A DNA stretch of 54,555 nucleotides from a virus: IMG/VR virus record IMGVR_UViG_3300020195_001417; one strand, given 5' to 3'. The notes below the pieces were generated by a model that did no database searches, had not been told where the DNA came from, and worked only from the letters and a program-made list of their open reading frames with translations. Below, one piece after another: positions 1 to 9,945 of this stretch. The position numbers and the translations under genes are program-made. Position 1 is the first letter of the stretch. The number at the start of each line of letters is the position of its first letter.

Positions 1-1191
1 ATGTTGATTCAGAAGGCTTACAAAACAGAAATTAACCCTAACAATAAACAAATAACTTTGTTATTGAAACATGCCGGGTGTGCGAGAAAAGCATGGAATT
101 GGGCATTAGGTCGTATTGAAAATAAAGATTCTAAACCTAATGCTATGCAACTTCATAAAGAGTTAAATATTGAAAAACAAGGCGAATTTGCCTATATGTA
201 TGAGGTTTCTAAGTGTGCAATGCAAGAAAGCCTTAGAGACTTACAAAAGGCGTTCACGAACTTATTCGAGAAACGAGCAGGTTTCCCGAAGTTCAAATCA
301 AGAAACAAAGGAATTGGTTCATTTCGTTTGACTGGTTCAATCCGAGTTGAAGACAATAAAATAAAATTACCGAGACTTGGTTGGTTAAAGTTAAAAGAAA
401 AAGGATATATCCCAACTGATCAACATATTTTATCGTCAACAGTAAGCGAGAAAGCAGGACGTTGGTATGTTTCTGTTTTAGTCAATGAGGAAGTAGAAGA
501 GCAAGACACTGATGGAGTCATTGGAGTTGATTTAGGGATTAAGACTTTAGCGACATGCTCTGATGGTAGTCAATATGATAATCCAAAAGCATTATCAAAA
601 TTAGAAGATAAAATAAAACACTTTCAACGCAAATTCAGTCGAAAAACAAAAGGAAGCAATCGACGAAAAAAGTTGAAGAATAAGATTGCAAGATTATGGC
701 AACGAGTTGCTAATATTAGAAAAGATGCAACGCATAAAATAACAAGTGAGATTGTGAAAACCAAACAACCTAAAATTATTGTGTTGGAAGATTTGAATGT
801 TAGTGGCATGACAAAAAACCATAAACTTGCTAAGGCAGTTTGTGATGCAAATATGCGAGAGTGTAGGCGACAATTTGAATACAAATCAAAATGGACAGGT
901 GTAGAAGTCAGGTTTGTAGATAGATTTTTTCCTTCAAGTAAAATGTGTTCCGATTGTGGAATACTGAAACAAGACTTGAAACTAAGTGATAGAACATATA
1001 AGTGTAGTGGTTGTGGTTTGATAATGGACCGAGACTTGAATGCTGCACATAACTTAAAAAATACCGTCAGTTCGACGGGAATTAACGCTCATGGAGATGA
1101 TAAGGTTCATGCTAAGAAATTAGCAGGTGGTCGTCGCAGAAATGAGAATCAAACATCAATATCTACTCAGGTAGATTTGAGTAGGTTTTGA
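1..1191 (+). CDS. tnpB: TnpB (IS200/IS605-family OrfB, RuvC-like RNA-guided nuclease), apparently full length
   Basis: N-terminal KAYKTEINPN..QITLL motif. RuvC-I D in VIGVDLGIKTLATCSDG, RuvC-II E in IIVLEDLNVSGM, RuvC-III D in MDRDLNAAHN. Zn finger CSDCG..CSGCG. AT-rich relative to downstream genes. Confidence 0.85.
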   Translation: MLIQKAYKTEINPNNKQITLLLKHAGCARKAWNWALGRIENKDSKPNAMQLHKELNIEKQGEFAYMYEVSKCAMQESLRDLQKAFTNLFEKRAGFPKFKSRNKGIGSFRLTGSIRVEDNKIKLPRLGWLKLKEKGYIPTDQHILSSTVSEKAGRWYVSVLVNEEVEEQDTDGVIGVDLGIKTLATCSDGSQYDNPKALSKLEDKIKHFQRKFSRKTKGSNRRKKLKNKIARLWQRVANIRKDATHKITSEIVKTKQPKIIVLEDLNVSGMTKNHKLAKAVCDANMRECRRQFEYKSKWTGVEVRFVDRFFPSSKMCSDCGILKQDLKLSDRTYKCSGCGLIMDRDLNAAHNLKNTVSSTGINAHGDDKVHAKKLAGGRRRNENQTSISTQVDLSRF

Positions 1192-1380
1192 AGAACGGTT
1201 GCTTCTCAACAATGAGTATGTTGGAGTGGCACACTACAAAACAAACCACGGAGATGTTGCGTCTCCGATGAAGCCTGTGTTTCACCAGATGAATTTCTGC
1301 TCGCTTACAAACAAGTTTTATGGACAGGCTAAGTTCTTGTCAGGCAGCGTTGATCTGGAATGGAGAATGATTGAGGAATA
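1..1380 (+). mobile_element. IS605-family tnpB-only element (boundaries uncertain; left end may lie outside window). The region 1192-1380 probably carries the RE/omega-RNA rather than a gene
   Basis: tnpB ORF plus ~190 nt AT-rich tail with small hairpin (GGAGA..TCTCC at ~1248-1264) before the next SD-led gene at 1381. Confidence 0.35.
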
Positions 1381-2640
1381 ATGTCACAAGTAAATGAATT
1401 CATTAAGAGAGCGGCGATCAGAAGTGGCTTCAGAAGAGAATTCTTCATGGAGAAGAATGTCCCCACGGCTCTATCCAATCTGATGGTCGTCCCTTTCTAT
1501 GGAGACATAAGATCTACGTTCAACTTATCTTCTTTGTTGCTTAAACAATACAAAGAGAAGAACAAAGATCTGTATGTAATCATGTGTTCTTGGCCCGGAT
1601 TCCATGATCTTTTTCCTTATGTTGACGAATACTGGACATTAGAGGACGAATCTTCTGCAAAAACTCTTGCACTAGAAGCTAATAATCTTTACAATACATC
1701 CGGTCTAGCATCTGAGATCAATCGAGGTCTGTTAGAAGTATCTAACATTTTGTCGTCGAATGAACTTAGGGCTTGGCACAACGAAGGGTTTACTAGGAAA
1801 TACTGGGAAGATTTCAAGGAAGTCAAAAGGTATTTGCCAGAGGTTCCTTCGAGCAGCAAGCTTTCTCCTCAATTCATCAGTGAAATGGAGAGAAAGCCGG
1901 GAAAGAAGATCGTTGTATTCCCTGTGACTAAGATGGCAACATGGCATCGAGGTCAGACGGTTTACATGCCGGTACTCAGATCCTTCTGGGACGCATTGAT
2001 TGAGATGTTGTTGGCAGAAGGTTACATGCCAGTGGTGTATCAGAATTGGTACACTTATGACATGTCACGGGAATTTACAGACCGTTGTGTCTATCTGGTT
2101 CCCCGGAATGTATCGGACACGATTGCCGCCATGCGGCACGTGGGCTTGGTGCTCGATGTACACTCTGGGATATCCAGACTGGCGATTGCAGCACGAACTC
2201 CATTCATCGCAGTTGATGAAAGACTTCGATTCCTCGAAAGTGGGGACTATGAAGTGGATGACTTGTGTTGTCAAACTCCGAGAAAGTATATCTTCTCATT
2301 TTCAACCATGTTGATGACAGGCGGTCCATCTGAGTGGAAGGACAGTTTGCTCGACAACATTCTAGTGACGCTTAAAGAATTCAACCCGACTGATAGTGGT
2401 AACTGGGGTGCCACACACGAATCATACGATTCAGTTTCTTATGACAAGGTAAGAGAACGCAAGGCCAAAAGGCGTGGCGTGACTTTCATCAGTTCATCGA
2501 AACATAAGGAGAATTTCAATGGCCAACGTCGCACGAGTCAGAGTGGAAATCAAGAAGAAGTACAACGATCCCCACAAGAACTTCAAGGAAATGTTCCAAG
2601 AGTTCAAGAGGCGAGTCAGCAACGCAGGAATTTTAACTGA
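1381..2640 (+). CDS. glycosyltransferase family 9 (heptosyltransferase-like) protein; C-terminal ~60 aa overlaps rpsU and may be mis-extended
   Basis: SD gaggaa before ATG. C-terminal DVHSGISRLAIAARTPFIAV resembles the GT9 DSGxMHLAAAxGxPxVAL motif. KMATWHRGQ resembles the K.WP motif. Confidence 0.4.
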   Translation: MSQVNEFIKRAAIRSGFRREFFMEKNVPTALSNLMVVPFYGDIRSTFNLSSLLLKQYKEKNKDLYVIMCSWPGFHDLFPYVDEYWTLEDESSAKTLALEANNLYNTSGLASEINRGLLEVSNILSSNELRAWHNEGFTRKYWEDFKEVKRYLPEVPSSSKLSPQFISEMERKPGKKIVVFPVTKMATWHRGQTVYMPVLRSFWDALIEMLLAEGYMPVVYQNWYTYDMSREFTDRCVYLVPRNVSDTIAAMRHVGLVLDVHSGISRLAIAARTPFIAVDERLRFLESGDYEVDDLCCQTPRKYIFSFSTMLMTGGPSEWKDSLLDNILVTLKEFNPTDSGNWGATHESYDSVSYDKVRERKAKRRGVTFISSSKHKENFNGQRRTSQSGNQEEVQRSPQELQGNVPRVQEASQQRRNFN

Positions 2641-2863
2641 CTACAAGGATCATCAATACTTCGAAACGAAGTCTCAGAAGAATCGAAAGAAGAAGAGAGA
2701 CGCCGCCAAAAGGTTCCAGATGGAAGCCTTGACTGAGAAGATCATGCGTGGCGAACGTGTGAAGGCCCCTTCTGGATTGATCAAGAAGGTGTTGAATAGT
2801 CACAAGAAAGACAAGAGAGATAGTAGAGATAGAGATTCACAATCCCAAGAGAGGTTCTCATGA
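2519..2863 (+). CDS. rpsU: ribosomal protein bS21 homologue (phage-encoded)
   Basis: ARVRVEIKK..FKEMFQEFKRRVSNAGILTDYKDHQYFETKSQKNRKKKRDAAKR matches bS21 pattern (V.V.E...ALRRFKR..GVL.E.RRREFYEKP..KRKR). Strong SD taaggag 6 nt before ATG. Confidence 0.8.
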   Translation: MANVARVRVEIKKKYNDPHKNFKEMFQEFKRRVSNAGILTDYKDHQYFETKSQKNRKKKRDAAKRFQMEALTEKIMRGERVKAPSGLIKKVLNSHKKDKRDSRDRDSQSQERFS

Positions 2864-3189
2864 AAAACAAAAAGGTGATGAGCATCGCCATTAGACCAGA
2901 GCTACACGAAGAATTGAAGAAAATTTCCAAAAGGAAAGGCGTGTCAGCTTCTACGTTTATTGGCGACGTAATCGAACAAGCAGTCAAAGTTAATCCAGAC
3001 GATGACATTATGGTGATCGGCAAGCCGGTGGACGAAGAAGTCAAACCAGTCATGGTCTCAGCTTCTGAAAATGTAAAGCCAATTATCTTGAATATTCCGG
3101 CAGCACTTCAATCTGATCCAGAAGGTCTTGAAAAATGGTTGCACGTCCAAACAGCAGGTATCCTCAAGAAGTTTTGTCACGCAGTATAG
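2860..3189 (+). CDS. ribbon-helix-helix (CopG/Arc-like) DNA-binding protein
   Basis: SIAIRPELHEELKKISKRKGVSASTFIGDVIEQAV = beta-strand + two helices typical of RHH. Confidence 0.5.
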   Translation: MKNKKVMSIAIRPELHEELKKISKRKGVSASTFIGDVIEQAVKVNPDDDIMVIGKPVDEEVKPVMVSASENVKPIILNIPAALQSDPEGLEKWLHVQTAGILKKFCHAV

Positions 3190-3200
3190 GGAAGAATGCA

Positions 3201-3392
3201 ATGAATCAAGTTGAATGCTATGTGGAGAAGTACGGAGATTCATACCGTGATCTCATAGAAGACGCATTGAGTTGGATCAGAAGCAGGGAGACTGAATGGG
3301 GCATTGTTTTTGACCGTGCCTACGATGACAGTTACATTGAAGAACTTGTGTCACGGGCGACACCACCCAAGGAACAAAATGCAATTAGTTGA
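3201..3392 (+). CDS. hypothetical small protein
   Basis: ORF in frame with SD-like gggaag before internal ATG; no recognisable motif. Confidence 0.3.
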   Translation: MNQVECYVEKYGDSYRDLIEDALSWIRSRETEWGIVFDRAYDDSYIEELVSRATPPKEQNAIS

Positions 3393-3888
3393 TTTAGACC
3401 AAATGCCGAAGCTTGAAGATATTCAAGATGTTCCTCTGGATGACCCTATGAAGATATTCAAGGTTTGTCAGGAGATGGAAGTTGTCTGTGATCGTGAGAA
3501 CGGCATCGGACTTTCTGCCGTACAAGTCGGGATTCCATGGAAGTTGTTTATCGTGAAGTCGGATGGTTCTTGCCCTTTCATTAAGAAGGGCAAATATGGA
3601 TACTTTGCAAATACAAACTACAAAGCTACTGACAACGAACGGATCGTTTCACTGGAAGGATGTCTGTCAATTCGGTCACAAGATGGTCAATTGCGGTTGT
3701 TCCAAGTCGAGCGTCACAATAAAGTCCAGATTATTGGACAAAGATTATACGCAGAAAAAGATTTGTTTTTTGAAAATATAGAGATAGAAATTAGTGCTGC
3801 CGAGGGGGGAATCGTCTTCCAACATGAAGCCGACCACAGCTTTGGAGTTCTGATTTCAGATATAGGCAAAGAAGTCTTTGTCTGGTAG
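3379..3888 (+). CDS. def: peptide deformylase
   Basis: All three PDF motifs: GIGLSAVQVG (GxGxAAxQ), EGCLS, QHEADHSFG (HExxH). Start chosen at internal ATG 3379 preceded by aaggaacaaa. Confidence 0.85.
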   Translation: MQLVDLDQMPKLEDIQDVPLDDPMKIFKVCQEMEVVCDRENGIGLSAVQVGIPWKLFIVKSDGSCPFIKKGKYGYFANTNYKATDNERIVSLEGCLSIRSQDGQLRLFQVERHNKVQIIGQRLYAEKDLFFENIEIEISAAEGGIVFQHEADHSFGVLISDIGKEVFVW

Positions 3889-3915
3889 AGAAATAAGTAA
3901 TAGTGATACATAATG

Positions 3916-3955
3916 AAATCTCCTCCATGGTGATATATAACTGTGGAGGAGATTT
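3916..3955 (+). promoter_or_regulatory. perfect 12-bp inverted repeat (AAATCTCCTCCA / TGGAGGAGATTT) between def and the HNH gene. It sequesters the HNH SD (GGAGGAG). Possible terminator/translational control hairpin.
   Basis: read directly from sequence; 16-nt loop; ATG of next gene 3 nt downstream. Confidence 0.4.
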
Positions 3956-3958
3956 ATT

Positions 3959-4714
3959 ATGAAATTAGATTTAACAGGACGAGAGTTTGGCAGTTGGACT
4001 GTTTTAAGACGTGATGGTAAAAAAGGATATTGGATATGTCGATGTGTTTGTGGCACAGAGAAACCAGTCCAGTCATCTCATCTTCATCATGGAAAAGGAC
4101 AAGGATGTATAAATTGTTGGCAATCTAAAAACAAAACAGAAGACTTGACGAATAAAAAATTTGAGAAATGGCGTGTCATTGAGCGTGACAAAAAACGCTC
4201 TGATTTGGATTTTTGGTTTTGTGTTTGTGAGTGTGGAAGGCAGAGATCAGTTTATGGATCTCATCTAAGACTCGGAAATACTGTGTGTTGTAGAAAATGT
4301 TCTGAGACAAAACATAAAGGACGGTTGAATTCAAGATTGTGGAGCAGGATGTTGCACGGTGCCAAAAAGAGAAATATTGAAGTAGATCTTGGGGAGACAG
4401 AGGATGCCAAAGAGTTTCTGTATGATTTGCTGTATAAACATCAAGAATGTAAATGTGCTTTAACAGGACTGCCGATTGGCATAGCAAATACAATCAAGGG
4501 GGATTGGCATGGCGAAACAACAGCATCTGTTGATAGAATCAATTCTAACAAAGGTTACACAAAAGACAATGTACAGTGGGTACACAAGTGGATTAACAAA
4601 ATGAAGTGGCAACTCGATCAAGAAGAGTTCATCACATTTTGTGAGGCTGTTGTTAGACACAAACGAGGTGACATCAATGAATATATGGATTCAGAAACAT
4701 CGAGCAAAGAGTAA
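3959..4714 (+). CDS. HNH homing endonuclease with duplicated N-terminal Cys-rich modules
   Basis: C-terminal VDRINSNKGYTKDNVQWVHKWINKMK = HNH/AP2-type motif. Two repeated LTGREFGSWTVL..C.CG modules at the N-terminus. Confidence 0.6.
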   Translation: MKLDLTGREFGSWTVLRRDGKKGYWICRCVCGTEKPVQSSHLHHGKGQGCINCWQSKNKTEDLTNKKFEKWRVIERDKKRSDLDFWFCVCECGRQRSVYGSHLRLGNTVCCRKCSETKHKGRLNSRLWSRMLHGAKKRNIEVDLGETEDAKEFLYDLLYKHQECKCALTGLPIGIANTIKGDWHGETTASVDRINSNKGYTKDNVQWVHKWINKMKWQLDQEEFITFCEAVVRHKRGDINEYMDSETSSKE

Positions 4715-4804
4715 ATTTCCAATAGAATCTCGATGGTCATCCCTAGTCCCGCATTCATGCAGCATCCTAGTCAATATGCGAGAAATCTTTAGAGAAGGAA
4801 TAAC

Positions 4805-5092
4805 ATGGCTCTAACACAAAATCAAGCACAACATGTTTGTATGTTGCATGGCGGACATCAACAGTGTCGTTACGTTGACGAGGATCTCGATGACGATGGC
4901 AATATCGTGTATGTTTGCAAAAAGCTGTCACCTGACAAGGGCATTATTGACTTAGAAGTTGATGAGTTCTTAGATGATATGAAGAAACATGGTCAAGATC
5001 CAGTCAAGCAGGGAGTGCCTTTGGGCGACAACTGCAAGGGATACATTAAGTTGACCACCAAGCAACAAGGATATGACTTAGACAAGTCGTAA
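4805..5092 (+). CDS. hypothetical protein
   Basis: ORF with RBS-like gagaaggaataac before ATG; no motif. Confidence 0.4.
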   Translation: MALTQNQAQHVCMLHGGHQQCRYVDEDLDDDGNIVYVCKKLSPDKGIIDLEVDEFLDDMKKHGQDPVKQGVPLGDNCKGYIKLTTKQQGYDLDKS

Positions 5093-5101
5093 GGAAAAAT
5101 C

Positions 5102-5341
5102 ATGAACGAAATTTTGCAACAGAAAAATCCGAGTTTGGCAGACCTTGTGCAGAGATGGCATTCTAAGTATGCTAACAGATCTTATGATCTAACATCTGCA
5201 AGAGATCAGGCCGACTTCTATGAAGGTGTTCTGGAGATGGCGAGACACATGGCCTCAGCATCAAGCACAGGACAGCTTCAATTGAACGTCGGCCCGAATG
5301 GTCCCAATGGATTACAAATGTTGGTTACGCCGCTGGAGTAA
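5102..5341 (+). CDS. hypothetical protein
   Basis: compact ORF following previous gene. Confidence 0.35.
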   Translation: MNEILQQKNPSLADLVQRWHSKYANRSYDLTSARDQADFYEGVLEMARHMASASSTGQLQLNVGPNGPNGLQMLVTPLE

Positions 5342-5840
5342 TCTTCTGAATGAGGCTTTTGTGCTTCTTCATTAGCTTCAGCACGCTTTCCTCAGCGACA
5401 GTGTACATGGCCGCTTGAAACACGTTGTCTTCCAACTGTGGATCTTCGTGGGCCGCTATTGTCTGTGCTAAAATTTCAGCAGCCTTGGTCTGCACCTTGG
5501 CCACACCTCTGTAATGAAACGCTAGTGTGGTTGCGGCCAATAATGCGATGATCGAGAAGATCAGTCCGCCCGGTCCTGACAAAATTTGTATTCCGCTGTT
5601 GTCGGCACTGCTTTGCATGTTGACCATGCCTTGCTGCATCTGGCCAATTTTGCTGTTCTGAATTTCGTTCTGAGTTTTCATATTTCCCAGTTCAATTTTC
5701 ATGCTGTTGGCGAGGTTTTCTATCTCGCCAATCTTTCCGTCTTGGTTGTTTATTTTTTGTTCTTGTCTTGGTGAGAGGTTGCCACAACCCGGCAAAACCA
5801 TCATTCCAAGCATAGCAAATACGAGTATGAGCTTTTTCAT
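5325..5840 (-). CDS. lipoprotein with internal/C-proximal TM segment and coiled coil
   Basis: MKKLILVFAMLGMMVLPGCG = signal peptide + lipobox. Hydrophobic GGLIFSIIALLAATTLAF segment. Q/N/E-rich heptad region. Confidence 0.5.
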   Translation of the reverse strand: MKKLILVFAMLGMMVLPGCGNLSPRQEQKINNQDGKIGEIENLANSMKIELGNMKTQNEIQNSKIGQMQQGMVNMQSSADNSGIQILSGPGGLIFSIIALLAATTLAFHYRGVAKVQTKAAEILAQTIAAHEDPQLEDNVFQAAMYTVAEESVLKLMKKHKSLIQKITPAA

Positions 5841-5949
5841 AAAGCACCTCCATGTGGTTATTGGTATCTATTATTATGAATCTTGAAAACAGGGCTTGAT
5901 TCATTAAGATGACTTGTCGATAATAACAGAACGTCACAGGAGATCCTTT

Positions 5950-6366
5950 ATGTCACGCAAGCCAAGAAGAGAAGCCATCGACAATCCCTACGACAAAGGG
6001 GAGCACATTGAAGATCTCCGCAAATTTGCGGACGATTGCATCCAGATGTTCTTTAAGAACAAGCAGTATTTTTGTGGTGGCCCGATTTCGGGCTGTGAAA
6101 CAAAAACGGAATTCGCTCAGAAAACAGTGTTACAGACACAGTTTGATGATCGCTGTTTTGATTTCATCCACGATCACTGCCTATCTGTATTCCCTGTAGA
6201 TCCAAATTACGATGAGCCTACAGTCCCATGGTCTGTACATTGCCTTTTGGGTCTGCTCAAGGAGATGAAATCAATGGAGATTCCGAAGGAGCAACAGCCG
6301 GGTATGCTCCTTTTGTACTTTAAGTTCTGTCATGCGATTGAAATTCCTCCGCCGCCATTGCTTTAA
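5950..6366 (+). CDS. hypothetical protein
   Basis: sigma70-like promoter TTGAAA-16-TAAGAT at ~5884-5911 upstream; no motif. Confidence 0.4.
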   Translation: MSRKPRREAIDNPYDKGEHIEDLRKFADDCIQMFFKNKQYFCGGPISGCETKTEFAQKTVLQTQFDDRCFDFIHDHCLSVFPVDPNYDEPTVPWSVHCLLGLLKEMKSMEIPKEQQPGMLLLYFKFCHAIEIPPPPLL

Positions 6367-6372
6367 TATGGT

Positions 6373-6693
6373 ATGCGTGATTTGGATTTCATCTCTGGCG
6401 ACTTTTTGGACCACGAAATTCCTCGTGAAAAGCAGTATTTGCTGAAATACTTCACGACGGATGTTCAGGTGGCTTTCTTAAGGTATGCCTTGGTCTTTGA
6501 AGACACTAAACTGTTCAAGGACCACACTGGCCATTTTTGTAGTGATCGCCTCAAGTTTCGGTTGCTGGCAAGGTTCAAGCAACTCACCAAACTTCACGCT
6601 CAAGCGAAGGGGGTTCTTACAGAAGAATCTCTAAATGACATCCAATTACTCGAATCTGGACAATACCCATTGACAGGAAGCGAGTTTTCTTAA
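6373..6693 (+). CDS. hypothetical protein
   Basis: ORF only. Confidence 0.35.
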   Translation: MRDLDFISGDFLDHEIPREKQYLLKYFTTDVQVAFLRYALVFEDTKLFKDHTGHFCSDRLKFRLLARFKQLTKLHAQAKGVLTEESLNDIQLLESGQYPLTGSEFS

Positions 6694-6731
6694 ACAATAC
6701 CCTATTGTATTGTTAGCACTAGGGGTGCGTC

Positions 6732-6971
6732 ATGAAGAAAAACGCAAACATCCTGCAAGAATTACTCAAGGAAGCTCGTGGCTTGAAGGGTATGATTGCC
6801 GAGGTAGCTTGTAAAAGCAGATTGTTGGCCGGACGAGTTAAATCTGGTGGCGATCCAGAAGTCGCAGAATCGCTTGCACAAATGCAGAGTGATCTTGATA
6901 AATACTCCGAAAGATTAGATGAAATCTTCATGGAGTTGGACATTTATGCAATTGTACCCAAATTGGAATGA
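6732..6971 (+). CDS. hypothetical protein
   Basis: ORF only. Confidence 0.3.
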   Translation: MKKNANILQELLKEARGLKGMIAEVACKSRLLAGRVKSGGDPEVAESLAQMQSDLDKYSERLDEIFMELDIYAIVPKLE

Positions 6972-7320
6972 CTGGAAAGCTTGTCGAAGTCTGACTGAAA
7001 GCAAGGGTCAGGCTCCGAATTACGCCTTTGATAATTGGTTGAAAATGACCAAGAGTTTTGGGGACGAGGTATCTTCTTTTGTCGGACAAGCCAAAGAAAA
7101 AGACAAAGAGCTTGACGATGAGATCGACAAGAAGAAGAAAGAGCCAGAAACAAAAGAGCCGCTCGAAAAGAAAGATGACGCCGATGCTGGTGATTCCGAC
7201 AAGAAAGACAAGGAAGCCGCATGGAACAAACTCAGAGACATTGCAAAAGAGCGGATGAAGAAAGACGAAAAAGAGGATGGGTCAAAGAAGCCATCTCGGT
7301 CTTCTTCAAAGCCACGTTAG
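6919..7320 (+). CDS. hypothetical highly charged K/E/D-rich protein
   Basis: low-complexity KEKDKELDDEIDKKKKEPETKEP region. Confidence 0.3.
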   Translation: MKSSWSWTFMQLYPNWNDWKACRSLTESKGQAPNYAFDNWLKMTKSFGDEVSSFVGQAKEKDKELDDEIDKKKKEPETKEPLEKKDDADAGDSDKKDKEAAWNKLRDIAKERMKKDEKEDGSKKPSRSSSKPR

Positions 7321-7859
7321 TTTATGTTCAACTCACGTGTGTCGCAACTGTAATAATACTTGGTCTGGTCGATCTCTACGATATTTCTGTTGGGGATACG
7401 TTCCCGTCAGTGGTGACTCTCTATAGTCCATTGAACCTACCAACAGCCGAAATGGTTGATAGCCCTGATCTGGCGAGAAACCTTGATCCAGATCGAGCTT
7501 GGGCATCTCTTCAGCCTGCATTACAAATTTTGGACGTTGTGTGTCCTGAATCTTCTGCGTGGGCCAGAGAACAACATGATTCCAAAAAGCTCATCTGGAA
7601 GAAAGACCCGGATGGAGCTTATGCAACCTTCGATCCATACACTCGATGTATGACAATCAATGCAGACATGTTCGACTTGAAAAATAGTGAGAGAGCATGT
7701 ACCATAGCCCATGAGTTTAGGCATTCTAGGCAGAACATCTCGAAATTCATAAAGTCAACTTGTTGTTTGTTGATTACAGGCAGTCGGCGTGACGATATCG
7801 TTGAAAACGATGCTTATCTTTATGAATCGCAGGTGCGGTCTGCAATTTATGGGAGATAG
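7221..7859 (+). CDS. hypothetical protein with HExxH-like motif (IAHEFRHSRQ)
   Basis: motif only; N-terminal hydrophobic segment. Confidence 0.3.
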   Translation: MEQTQRHCKRADEERRKRGWVKEAISVFFKATLVYVQLTCVATVIILGLVDLYDISVGDTFPSVVTLYSPLNLPTAEMVDSPDLARNLDPDRAWASLQPALQILDVVCPESSAWAREQHDSKKLIWKKDPDGAYATFDPYTRCMTINADMFDLKNSERACTIAHEFRHSRQNISKFIKSTCCLLITGSRRDDIVENDAYLYESQVRSAIYGR

Positions 7860-7861
7860 CA

Positions 7862-8299
7862 ATGGACGAATATGATTTGTTGACAGTTCCATCTGAAACT
7901 TTCAAACAGAAAGACACCAGAGACATAAAGCGATCAATTGGCATTGAGATGGTTTATCGGCCAACCATTGTTTATGTTGCCGCTATATCTGACGATGAGC
8001 AAGAGAACAAAATCTTGTTCATTCCTTGTTATGGAAGTCCAGTGACACAAGATGTGTATGACTCTGTAAGAGATGGATTTGTTTTGTGTGCTCAAGAGTT
8101 CTACAAGCTCGGCAGTGTTCCTGTCAGTTATCGAATGGAACTTTCAGAATCTGAATGGTCGGCAGAAATTCCGCTTCCAATGGTGGTTATCAGACGGTAT
8201 CTTACAGAAGAGCAGAAGGTCGGATTTGCTTCTTGGAAGTCTAAATTCGACAAAGATTCACATCGTTTCATAACCGCACAGATGCTAGGAGTTTACTAA
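7862..8299 (+). CDS. hypothetical protein
   Basis: ORF only. Confidence 0.4.
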   Translation: MDEYDLLTVPSETFKQKDTRDIKRSIGIEMVYRPTIVYVAAISDDEQENKILFIPCYGSPVTQDVYDSVRDGFVLCAQEFYKLGSVPVSYRMELSESEWSAEIPLPMVVIRRYLTEEQKVGFASWKSKFDKDSHRFITAQMLGVY

Positions 8300-8853
8300 T
8301 GACAGAGCCAACAAAAATCGGCCCCAGAGCCGTTCCAGATCGAGACTCAAAGTATATGGGCGAGGCTTGGATGAAGGCTGCTTTCTCCAAAGATCCTAGC
8401 ACGCAAGTCGGGGCCTTGATTATCAGTCGAGACAACTATCCTTTGGGGTCTGGATACAACGGGCCTCCGAGAAAGATCGACGATCTGTCTTTTAGCTGGG
8501 AGCGACCGCCAAAGGATAATCCTGACGCTTTTAGCAAATACGATGTTGTTGTTCATGCAGAAATCAATGCCATCGACCATTCTTTGTGTTCTGATCTGAG
8601 TGGCTCTACTTTGTATGTGACGGCCATGCCTTGCCCAGATTGTATGCTGGAAATTGTGAGAAAAGAAATCTCCAGAGTTGTTTACTTCGATTTCCAGTCG
8701 AACTACAACTCCAGTTTGCAAAATGCTGATTGGCGTGAGAAGACCGCTAGATTGGCACAGATGGCCCATGTTCGATTGGATTTATTCAAGGGAAACCTGA
8801 ATTGGATCACTGACTGGAATATGCGTCTTAAGGATTTGGGTGTTTTGGAATAA
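8299..8853 (+). CDS. dCMP/cytidine deaminase-family zinc enzyme (deoxycytidylate deaminase-like)
   Basis: HAEINAI + PCPDC zinc-binding CDA motifs. Confidence 0.75.
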   Translation: MTEPTKIGPRAVPDRDSKYMGEAWMKAAFSKDPSTQVGALIISRDNYPLGSGYNGPPRKIDDLSFSWERPPKDNPDAFSKYDVVVHAEINAIDHSLCSDLSGSTLYVTAMPCPDCMLEIVRKEISRVVYFDFQSNYNSSLQNADWREKTARLAQMAHVRLDLFKGNLNWITDWNMRLKDLGVLE

Positions 8854-8883
8854 GTTTTCGGACCTGAACTATATACTCATACT

Positions 8884-9945
8884 ATGGGTATCACGTTCAA
8901 TTTGAAATCTGGCGGCTGTTCTTCCTCACAAGATGTATGTCCATCGAAAGATGGTTGTCCTCCCGGTGTTTGCCCGGACTTTACAATTCGTAGGCATGAC
9001 ACAAAACCGCCTTTCAAGGTTTCTGTTGAAGATTGCGATGGGCCTCTTGATCTACAAGGTTTGGTGATCGAGGCAAATATGTGGGCGTTGGCCAAACTCA
9101 AAGCAGCTTTGGCTGTAGATGACACATATTTCCGTCTTGCAGATGACATTGGCTTTGAGCAAGTGATGATGGGTGACATCATCATTATGGAACGAGCCAG
9201 AAATCCAGAGCACATGCTTGTGACTGGGTTTGATGAGACAAACAACTTAATCCGTGTTCAGCGTGCTTACCATGGGACCACAGCGTCTGCATGGAAGAAA
9301 GGTACGTTGATGCGGATTTTTCGCATTATGGGAGCACCAGCCGAGAGCGAGCTTTCTTTCCAAGATGTTCAAGATGTTGACGGCACAATCACTAAGAATG
9401 TTCTTCAAGCCGCATATTTGATCTATGATTGGAGAGCAGAAGATGTGTGTCTATCTGGTTGCTATTGGTTTGAGTTCAAAGTTCTTAAGATGATTGATGT
9501 AGTGTGGTTCTTGCCGGGCGGATATTGGACCGGAGACACATTTACACATGATGACGGATTCTTTTACACAGGACTTTCTTTTACAGATAGTTCTGTGCGT
9601 CTATCTTATGATCAAATAGAAGACAAATATTTCATTCCAGACACACAATGGAATGGAGAACTTCACGTTCATTCTGATGCCAACTACTACACTGGAACTT
9701 CTCATGATGAAGGTTCTGTAATTTTGAGTAAAACTGGTATTCCATCCGATGACAATACTCCATATAATGAAAATGGAGTAGTTGCACTTGATGTTTCCAT
9801 CGTTCCCAGCTTTACAGATATCGGTTTGACTCCAGCAGATTACGGCTGTATACTTGGCGAGGGCGTGGAGTGGGTTAGAAGATTTCCGATAGAAGGAGAA
9901 GGGTTCTTGATAAAGATCACAGACAGTCCAACAACGGAAATCTAG
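8884..9945 (+). CDS. hypothetical protein, Cys-rich N-terminus
   Basis: ORF only. Confidence 0.45.
   Translation: MGITFNLKSGGCSSSQDVCPSKDGCPPGVCPDFTIRRHDTKPPFKVSVEDCDGPLDLQGLVIEANMWALAKLKAALAVDDTYFRLADDIGFEQVMMGDIIIMERARNPEHMLVTGFDETNNLIRVQRAYHGTTASAWKKGTLMRIFRIMGAPAESELSFQDVQDVDGTITKNVLQAAYLIYDWRAEDVCLSGCYWFEFKVLKMIDVVWFLPGGYWTGDTFTHDDGFFYTGLSFTDSSVRLSYDQIEDKYFIPDTQWNGELHVHSDANYYTGTSHDEGSVILSKTGIPSDDNTPYNENGVVALDVSIVPSFTDIGLTPADYGCILGEGVEWVRRFPIEGEGFLIKITDSPTTEI

Noticed and set aside
1199-1381. 60-aa ORF immediately downstream of tnpB(1)
   Set aside because: Lies in the expected RE/omega-RNA region of the IS; no RBS; amino-acid sequence looks random.
5325-5840. Unimolecular spanin assignment for the lipoprotein
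   Set aside because: Has lipobox and a TM segment, but the TM is not at the extreme C-terminus and no holin/endolysin is nearby; left as generic lipoprotein.
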